A stretch of 64,000 nt of DNA, taken from contig DAOUFE010000013.1 of NCBI GenBank assembly GCA_034430215.1, positions 5,702 to 69,701 on the forward strand, written 5' to 3'. Position 1 is the first letter of the stretch, and the number at the start of each line of letters is the position of its first letter. Of the stretch, positions 54,449 through 61,198 are shown in pieces. This stretch comes from Anaerolineaceae bacterium (GTDB taxonomy: Bacteria > Chloroflexota > Anaerolineae > Anaerolineales > Anaerolineaceae). The notes under the pieces are model-generated. The model worked only from the letters and a program-made list of their open reading frames with translations, was not told the origin of the DNA and made no database searches. Position numbers and translations under genes: made by a program.

Positions 54449-55135
54449 ATGGCTTATTCCGTTTTGGTTGTAGATGATCAATCCAGTGTTCGGCAGTTAC
54501 TTCGGGAGTATTTGGTAGAGCAGGGATTTCATGTATCCACAGCTGCAGACGGGCAGTCTGCTTTATACATGACCCGGCACGACCCACCCGATCTTATTCT
54601 TCTGGACATTATGATGCCTAAAATGGATGGATACCAGTTCTTGCAGCAATACCGGAAAGAGCGGCAGACCCCTGTCATTATCATCACCGCACGGGAGGAA
54701 GAGACAGACGCTGTGTTGGGGTTGGATTTAGGCGCAGATGACTATGTGGTAAAACCTTTCAGGATGCGCGAGCTTCTGGCGCGCATTCGGGCAGTGCTTC
54801 GCCGCACACAAGAACCCGGTAAAAAATCTGAAATATTGCGAGCTGCTGATATCACCCTTGATGAAATTACCCATACTGTCACTGTTCATGAAATTCCTGT
54901 TAATCTGACCCCTATTGAATTCAACATGTTGGCAACTTTGATGCGCAGCCCAGGCCGGGTTTTTACCCGAGATGAATTGGTAAATTGCCTGATGGATTGC
55001 GGCTTTTCAGGGTTGAGTAGCACACTCAATGTTCATATTCGAAACCTGCGTACAAAAATTGAAACCGATCCCGAGAATCCACATTATATAGAAACGGTTT
55101 TTGGTGTAGGCTATCGCTTTACAAAATCTGGATAA
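54449..55135 (+). CDS. OmpR/PhoB-family response regulator
   Basis: Receiver domain (VLVVDDQ ... LILLDIMMPKMDG ... KPF) plus a winged-helix output (TVFGVGYRF). Confidence 0.9.
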   Translation: MAYSVLVVDDQSSVRQLLREYLVEQGFHVSTAADGQSALYMTRHDPPDLILLDIMMPKMDGYQFLQQYRKERQTPVIIITAREEETDAVLGLDLGADDYVVKPFRMRELLARIRAVLRRTQEPGKKSEILRAADITLDEITHTVTVHEIPVNLTPIEFNMLATLMRSPGRVFTRDELVNCLMDCGFSGLSSTLNVHIRNLRTKIETDPENPHYIETVFGVGYRFTKSG

Positions 55136-55141
55136 TTCTTT

Positions 55142-56545
55142 ATGAGGAAGACGTTATACTGGAAACTTGCTCTTGCTTTTATGTTCGTTGCAGTCATTGC
55201 AATTGTTTTAATCGCGATCTTTATTCGTATTACCAATGTTGACCGCCTCACCAAGTTGATCACAGAGCAACAGGGGAGCAGCCTGCAGGCAAGCATGGCG
55301 GAATATTACGCCATTACGGGTTCATGGCTGGGTGTAAAGGAATACTGGCAAACTGCCCAAATGCGGCCTACCCAATCCTCTGATTTGACGCAAGAACCAA
55401 ATACGAACAATCCCTTCCCACCTGAAGGACGTGATCGTCGAAATTTCTTTGGTCTGGTGGATGCCGATAGAGTTGTTCTGGTATCGGTTGATCCAAAATA
55501 TCCTGAAGGTAGTACTCTGCCTGAAGAGATGTTGAAAAATGGCTTTCCTATTACGGTGGATGGTCAGCAGGTGGGAACGATCATCAATGCGAATACTCCT
55601 CCAGGTTTCCTCCCAGAAGAAAATCTTTTTCTGACACGAACTAATCAGGCATTGCTGCTGGGGGTGGCTGGTGCGCTACTCATCGCATTAGTGGTCGGAT
55701 TTGTGTTAGCGCGCACATTGACACGCCCATTACGTGATCTCACTCAGGCAGCTCAAAGGATTGCCGATGGAAATCTGGAGCAGCAGGTAAAAGTGAATTC
55801 AAAGGATGAGATCGGTGATCTGGCAATCGCTTTCAATCAGATGAGTCACGAAGTGGCCCATCAATCGTTACTTCGTAAACAAATGACTGCTGATATCGCT
55901 CATGACCTGCGAACGCCATTGACAGTCATCGCCGGGTATATTGAATCCATGCAGGATGGAGTTCTCCAACCTACCCCCGAAAGATTGGCGTTGATCTATT
56001 CTGAGATTGAACGTCTGCAAAACCTTGTAGGCGACCTGCGTATGTTGTCGCAGGCAGATGCAGGAGAGTTACCCTTGAACCCGCAGAAAATAGAGCCTGC
56101 CTCGTTGCTAGAAAGGTCAGCCGCACTCTTTCAACATCAAGCTGAAAAACAGCAGATCACTCTTGAAGTCCAGGTTCCGGAGGTTCTACCAGAAATCTTT
56201 GTGGATGAAGCCCGCATGCTGCAGGTATTCGATAACCTGATCAGCAATGCTTTCCGGTATACACCCGCAGGGGGAAGGATCTCACTTTCGGGAAAGCTCC
56301 AGAATGACAGAGTAGTGTTAAGCGTAAATGATACCGGTTCGGGTATTTCAATTGACGAACAGCCGTATATTTTTGATCGCTTCTATCGGGCGGATAGATC
56401 CCGGCATGCTGAAAATGGGGAGTCAGGACTTGGCCTGGCAATTGTGAAGGCATTGATTGAAAGCCAGAATGGGAAGGTATGGGCTGAGTCAAAACCGGAA
56501 CATGGAACCACGATCTATATGGAATTCCCTGTGAATAATTCATAA
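55142..56545 (+). CDS. sensor histidine kinase (TM-sensor-TM-HAMP-HisKA-HATPase)
   Basis: H-box IAHDLRTPLT, N-box NLISNAFRYT, and G-boxes DTGSGI and GESGLGLAIV. Confidence 0.9.
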   Translation: MRKTLYWKLALAFMFVAVIAIVLIAIFIRITNVDRLTKLITEQQGSSLQASMAEYYAITGSWLGVKEYWQTAQMRPTQSSDLTQEPNTNNPFPPEGRDRRNFFGLVDADRVVLVSVDPKYPEGSTLPEEMLKNGFPITVDGQQVGTIINANTPPGFLPEENLFLTRTNQALLLGVAGALLIALVVGFVLARTLTRPLRDLTQAAQRIADGNLEQQVKVNSKDEIGDLAIAFNQMSHEVAHQSLLRKQMTADIAHDLRTPLTVIAGYIESMQDGVLQPTPERLALIYSEIERLQNLVGDLRMLSQADAGELPLNPQKIEPASLLERSAALFQHQAEKQQITLEVQVPEVLPEIFVDEARMLQVFDNLISNAFRYTPAGGRISLSGKLQNDRVVLSVNDTGSGISIDEQPYIFDRFYRADRSRHAENGESGLGLAIVKALIESQNGKVWAESKPEHGTTIYMEFPVNNS

Positions 56546-56568
56546 GGCAAAAGGGGCTGTCATTACGA

Positions 56569-56703
56569 ACCCTGCGTTCTTAAAAGGGAGATGCAATCTG
56601 AATCAAGAGACTGCCACGCTTCGCTCGCAATGACAAACCCACTGACCTTGCAAACCCTGCGTTCTTTACAGGGTGATGCAATCTTGCGTTTTTCGTGGTG
56701 AAC
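56569..56703. repeat. family A tandem repeat, about 1.6 copies of the 85-bp unit
   Basis: Units start at 56569 and 56654. The terminal unit accctgcgttctttacagggtgatgcaatcttgcgtttttcgtggtgaac closely parallels 4796-4848. Confidence 0.85.
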
Positions 56704-56731
56704 TGTCCACATTCATGAATCCTCCATCTAC

Positions 56732-56760
56732 TTGGCAACCTGCCTACTTTATTGCATAAT
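56732..56760 (+). promoter_or_regulatory. promoter-like TTGGCA-17-CATAAT upstream of the TGT-like gene
   Basis: The hexamer match and spacing are good. However, the -10 ends only 9 nt before the ATG at 56770, which would imply a near-leaderless mRNA and would exclude the GAGGGGG RBS. The call is therefore uncertain. Confidence 0.3.
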
Positions 56761-56769
56761 GAGGGGGTG

Positions 56770-57888
56770 ATGGAACAATCCTTACGCAACCTGCCCTTGG
56801 CACATGGCACTCTGACCTTTCCCGTTTTTCTTCCCGATGCAACGTACGGCATGGTGCGTGCGGTGGATGCGGAAGCGCTGGATTCTCTTGGCATCCAGGC
56901 GCTTGTGATGAATACTTTTCACCTGATGCAGCACCCTGGTTCCGCCACTATAAAAGCATTGGGCGGTTTGAATACCATGAGCGGTTGGCATAAGCCCATC
57001 ATGACTGATTCGGGTGGTTTTCAGGCTTATTCACTTATTCACAACAACCCTCGTGCGGGCACCATCACTGAACAGGGATTGACTTTTCAGCCCGAAGGCA
57101 GCCAGCATAAGATTCAACTTACCCCCGAAAAAAGTATCCAGCTACAATTGGCATTTGGTGCAGATATCGTTGTGTGCCTGGATGATTGTACGCACGTGGA
57201 TACCAGTGAAGAAGAACAGCACCAGTCAGTCAAACGCACAGTAGCCTGGGCAAAACGCTGCCGAACTACCTTTGATCAGCTTCTCAAGCAAAAGCGGAAG
57301 AATCCTGAACACCGTCCCCTGCTTTTCGCCGTGGTTCAGGGTGGAGGATCCTTCGACTTACGGAAAGAATGTGCAGATGCCTTGTTGGAAATTGGGTTTG
57401 ATGGCTATGGTTTTGGCGGTTGGCCGCTTGACTCACAATCCAACCTGCTGACAGACATCCTGGAATACACCCGCAGCCTTATCCCATCACAATTTCCACT
57501 CCATGCTCTGGGAGTGGGGCACCCCGAAAACGTATCAGCCTGTTACCGTATGGGGTATCCTATGTTTGATAGTGCCATGCCAACACGCGATGCCCGTCAT
57601 GGCAGGCTCTATACTTTCACAGGCTCACTCGAACAGATCAACCCGTTCGCACCTGCAAAAGAATGGCTGCGGTATTTTTATATTCAAGATGAGATACACA
57701 TCAGAGATAATCGGCCTCTGGTGGAAGGCTGCCCGTGCCCTGTCTGTCGCAAATACTCCGCTGGCTATCTGTATCACATATTTAAGATGAACGACTCCCT
57801 TTTCCCCCGCCTGGCGACAATGCACAATCTAGGGTTCATGTTGATGCTTTGTGACCTGCTTCGCGAACATAAAGAGGCAAGGTCTTAA
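56770..57888 (+). CDS. tRNA-guanine transglycosylase (TGT) family protein, atypical
   Basis: MTDSGGFQ, LDDCTH, MFDSAMPTRDARHG and the zinc site CPCPVC ... MHN are conserved. The region equivalent to bacterial GGLAVGE reads GGWPLDS. The ATG at 56770 follows GAGGGGG. Confidence 0.8.
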   Translation: MEQSLRNLPLAHGTLTFPVFLPDATYGMVRAVDAEALDSLGIQALVMNTFHLMQHPGSATIKALGGLNTMSGWHKPIMTDSGGFQAYSLIHNNPRAGTITEQGLTFQPEGSQHKIQLTPEKSIQLQLAFGADIVVCLDDCTHVDTSEEEQHQSVKRTVAWAKRCRTTFDQLLKQKRKNPEHRPLLFAVVQGGGSFDLRKECADALLEIGFDGYGFGGWPLDSQSNLLTDILEYTRSLIPSQFPLHALGVGHPENVSACYRMGYPMFDSAMPTRDARHGRLYTFTGSLEQINPFAPAKEWLRYFYIQDEIHIRDNRPLVEGCPCPVCRKYSAGYLYHIFKMNDSLFPRLATMHNLGFMLMLCDLLREHKEARS

Positions 57889-58697
57889 TGGTGGATGAGG
57901 ACTTGGTGAGGAGAGTTGTAGAAGCGGTGATGGCTGGCAGCGGATATAGCAGCATCAGCCGCGATCTGGTCATCCACATTGCCACCCGTGAAATTGCAAA
58001 AGGAAGAGCTTTTAAAGACAGCGTAAAAGCCACCCGCACAGTACTGCATCAAATTGGCGGGGCGTATCTTCCCGTCAACCCGCCTTATGAACTTTGGGTA
58101 AAAGAACTGGCCGGTTTATCGCGGTATCCCACCGACCCAACTTTACGTACATTTTGCATACAAAAAATGCAGATGCATGCTTCCACTCGCGAGCGCCTTC
58201 CTTTTTTGGAAGATTTTATCAATCTCATTCGCGAGAATGTAGGAGAGATTGGTTCTTTGCTTGACCTGGCGTGTGGATTAAACCCTTTGACATTGCCCTG
58301 GCTCCCAATGAAACCTAATGCCCGGGTGTATCTCTGTGACATCTATACAGATATGGTTGCATTTATGGATAGCTTTCGCCAGCATCTCGGATACGCCGGC
58401 TCCAGTCAGGTATGTGACCTGACCAGCGAGGTGCCTGATCGTCCTATTCAGGTCGCGTTTCTCCTTAAAATAATCCCATGTCTTGAACAAATACAGAAAA
58501 CAATCGGCTCTCGCCTTCTGGAAGGTATACAGGCTGAAACTCTGGTGGTAACATTTCCTGCATACAGCCTGGGGGGACGCAGTAAAGGGATGCGCCAGAC
58601 ATACGCAGTCCATTTCAATGAACTTGTGGCTGGGAAGCCCTGGGAAATTGAGAAGTTTGAAATCGGGAATGAGCTTGTATATATCATTCAAAAATAA
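57888..58697 (+). CDS. 16S rRNA (guanine1405-N7)-methyltransferase family protein (ArmA/Rmt/FmrO-type)
   Basis: Blocks TRTVLHQIGGAY, HASTRERL, LLDLACGLNPLTLPW, VAFLLKIIPCLEQ, VVTFPAYSLGGRSKGM and IGNELVYIIQK parallel ArmA/RmtB as I recall them. The ATG shares one base with the upstream TAA. Confidence 0.8.
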   Translation: MVDEDLVRRVVEAVMAGSGYSSISRDLVIHIATREIAKGRAFKDSVKATRTVLHQIGGAYLPVNPPYELWVKELAGLSRYPTDPTLRTFCIQKMQMHASTRERLPFLEDFINLIRENVGEIGSLLDLACGLNPLTLPWLPMKPNARVYLCDIYTDMVAFMDSFRQHLGYAGSSQVCDLTSEVPDRPIQVAFLLKIIPCLEQIQKTIGSRLLEGIQAETLVVTFPAYSLGGRSKGMRQTYAVHFNELVAGKPWEIEKFEIGNELVYIIQK

Positions 58698-58723
58698 TTC
58701 ATTTCGCAAATCAGGAGCAGAAC

Positions 58724-59218
58724 ATGGATAAAAAGATTTTGGTAGCGTATGCCAGCCGGGCAGGATCTACAGCAGAGGTAGCTGAAGAAGTAGGAAAAGT
58801 TCTGGCGGCAGAAGGATTGCCCGTGGATGTTTTGCCGATCCAAAGCGTGACATCCTTTGAACCATACAGGGCTCTGGTATTGGGCAGTGCAGCCCGCATC
58901 GGTAAATTGATCCCTGAAACCATTCGTTTCGCCCGAAAATATGCAAAATCATTCCAGCCGATAAAAGTGGCTTACTTTGTGGTTTGCTTGACCATGTTCA
59001 AAGATACCCCCGAGAACCGCACAACAGTCGAAGGATATCTTAAACCTTTATACAAGATCAAAGAACCGGTAGATCATGAGATGTTCGGCGGTGCAATGTT
59101 CCCAGAAAAAATTCCCGGCATCTGGAGCAAGATCATGCGTAATGCTGAACGGGGTGACTATCGTGATTGGGAAGCAATCCGCGCCTGGGCAAAACAATTG
59201 GCAATCAAACTGCAATAA
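58724..59218 (+). CDS. flavodoxin-domain protein (HemG-like fold)
   Basis: ILVAYASRAGSTAEVAEEV N-terminal FMN-loop context. Length is 164 aa. Confidence 0.65.
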   Translation: MDKKILVAYASRAGSTAEVAEEVGKVLAAEGLPVDVLPIQSVTSFEPYRALVLGSAARIGKLIPETIRFARKYAKSFQPIKVAYFVVCLTMFKDTPENRTTVEGYLKPLYKIKEPVDHEMFGGAMFPEKIPGIWSKIMRNAERGDYRDWEAIRAWAKQLAIKLQ

Positions 59219-59234
59219 ATCATAAAGAGGGAAA

Positions 59235-60026
59235 ATGACACCCATCCCCATTTTTCAGGTGGATGCTTTTACATCTAAAGCATTTGGCGGCAACCCGGCA
59301 GCAGTCTGTCTGTTATCCAGGTTCATGTCCGATGCCTGGATGCAATCCGTCGCTGCTGAAATGAATCTTTCGGAGACAGCTTTTCTCCTTCCGCAGGAAG
59401 ATGGATTCTCTTTACGCTGGTTTACACCTCGGGTTGAAGTAGCACTTTGCGGGCATGCCACACTGGCATCAGCACATGTCCTTTTCCAGACGGGCAGAAT
59501 ACCGGTAGGGGGTACTGCACATTTCTACTCTCGCAGTGGATTGTTGACTGCCACAGAAAACGCTGGCTGGATAACATTAAATTTCCCCACACGACCTGTG
59601 AAAACAGTACCCGAACCTTCCGGTTTACAAAGATCCCTTGGTGTTGAACCCTTGTATGTAGGGATGGGAGAAGACCTGCTGGTGGAAGTCAGCAGTGAGC
59701 GCGAAGTACGAGAATGTACTCCCGACTTTGCCCGCTTATTGGAGCTTCCAGTGCGGGGGGTGATTCTCACCGCCAGGGCAGAGATGCAGGGTTTTGATTT
59801 TGTTTCCCGCTTCTTTGGTCCTCAAGTGGGGATCAATGAAGACCCGGTGACAGGTTCAGCACACACCTCGCTGGCTCCCTATTGGAGCGAGAAACTGGGA
59901 AAGACGGATTTCATGGCATATCAGGCATCTGCCCGGGGAGGAGTTCTGCGGGTCAGTTTGTTGGGAGAACGAGTTGCCATTTCTGGTCAGGCAGTGATGA
60001 TCTTTGAGGGAGAGCTCCAGGCTTGA
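59235..60026 (+). CDS. PhzF-family isomerase-like protein
   Basis: IFQVDAFTSKAFGGNPAAV, ETAFL and CGHATLAS are typical of the PhzF family. Confidence 0.85.
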   Translation: MTPIPIFQVDAFTSKAFGGNPAAVCLLSRFMSDAWMQSVAAEMNLSETAFLLPQEDGFSLRWFTPRVEVALCGHATLASAHVLFQTGRIPVGGTAHFYSRSGLLTATENAGWITLNFPTRPVKTVPEPSGLQRSLGVEPLYVGMGEDLLVEVSSEREVRECTPDFARLLELPVRGVILTARAEMQGFDFVSRFFGPQVGINEDPVTGSAHTSLAPYWSEKLGKTDFMAYQASARGGVLRVSLLGERVAISGQAVMIFEGELQA

Positions 60027-60082
60027 TCGGAAAAAGAGCGATCAACTGGAAATTTATAGATCAAAGATTCAGCGTGAATTGG

Positions 60083-61045
60083 ATGACAAAGAAGCTATTC
60101 ATCAAACAAACGATCCTGGGCATAATGTTATTTACAACAGGATGCACTCCCCTGCTATCGTCAGGGCTGACACCGGTGCCTTCTTCAACGCCTACCCCCT
60201 TTCAGGTTGCTCCCTCTACATCTACTCCCACCCAACCTCCCGAACCAACCGCCACGACCACTCCTACAAGCATTCCGACGGTTCCAGCCACTCCTACGCT
60301 GGAGGAACAGGCTGTTGCCATTCCCATCATCGAATATCATAGTCCATCGTTTGAAATGACACCCGAGGTGCAAATGCAACCCGCCTGGTTTGCTGAGCAA
60401 TTGCAATGGCTGGCAGATGAAGGCTACACTACATTGAGCGCTGATGACCTGGTTGCATTTGTGAATGGAGAACGTTCTTTCCCACAAAAATCTGTTGTGC
60501 TTACTTTTGACCTGGGTACCGCCCAGTATCAGGATTATGCAGAAAATGTCATTCCCCTTTTAAAAAAGCATGGTTTTCAGGCAGTGTTTTTTATCCTTGT
60601 TAATAACAGTGTCATTCGAGATGACTGCTCACACCCTCAGAATGTATTTTGCTGGGATGACCTGCAGGGTTGGATGGATGAAGGGTTGATCTCGATCGGT
60701 TCTCACGGATTAACCCATCCTGATTATGCAAAACAATCAACAGATGCGATCTGGCAGGATATGGCAGGCTCAAAACAGATTCTGGAAGAAAAACTGGGAG
60801 TTGTTGTTCAGATATTGGCGTATCCATATGATTCAGCACCATCGGTTGCGCAGCAGATTTTACAGGAAAGCGGGTATGTATTGGGAATAAATGGAAACAC
60901 CCGGCCGGAAGTTGGTGCGATAGTGAACGACTCTCAACGGTATTACTTGCCCCGTCTGTATCCTTATTCAAATCCTGGAATTTATCCTTTGCTTTATGCT
61001 TATAAACGCTCTTTCTCAGATGTAGTAACCGATGCCAGTGAGTAG
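60083..61045 (+). CDS. polysaccharide deacetylase (NodB-type) lipoprotein
   Basis: Lipobox LFTTGC, a Thr/Pro linker, and VVLTFDLGT and GSHGLTHPD NodB-like motifs. The track start is 60023. Confidence 0.75.
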   Translation: MTKKLFIKQTILGIMLFTTGCTPLLSSGLTPVPSSTPTPFQVAPSTSTPTQPPEPTATTTPTSIPTVPATPTLEEQAVAIPIIEYHSPSFEMTPEVQMQPAWFAEQLQWLADEGYTTLSADDLVAFVNGERSFPQKSVVLTFDLGTAQYQDYAENVIPLLKKHGFQAVFFILVNNSVIRDDCSHPQNVFCWDDLQGWMDEGLISIGSHGLTHPDYAKQSTDAIWQDMAGSKQILEEKLGVVVQILAYPYDSAPSVAQQILQESGYVLGINGNTRPEVGAIVNDSQRYYLPRLYPYSNPGIYPLLYAYKRSFSDVVTDASE

Positions 61046-61198
61046 AAAAAGCACTCATATAGAAAAATTCCCAAAAAACAACAATTTCATGAAAGATTAT
61101 TTGCAATAATCTTCTTTCAATCATCTATGGTATGGTGTTGTATAATTTAAACGATTGGTGGGACAGGAAGTCGTTGCATCTTGATTAGGGAGTGTAAT

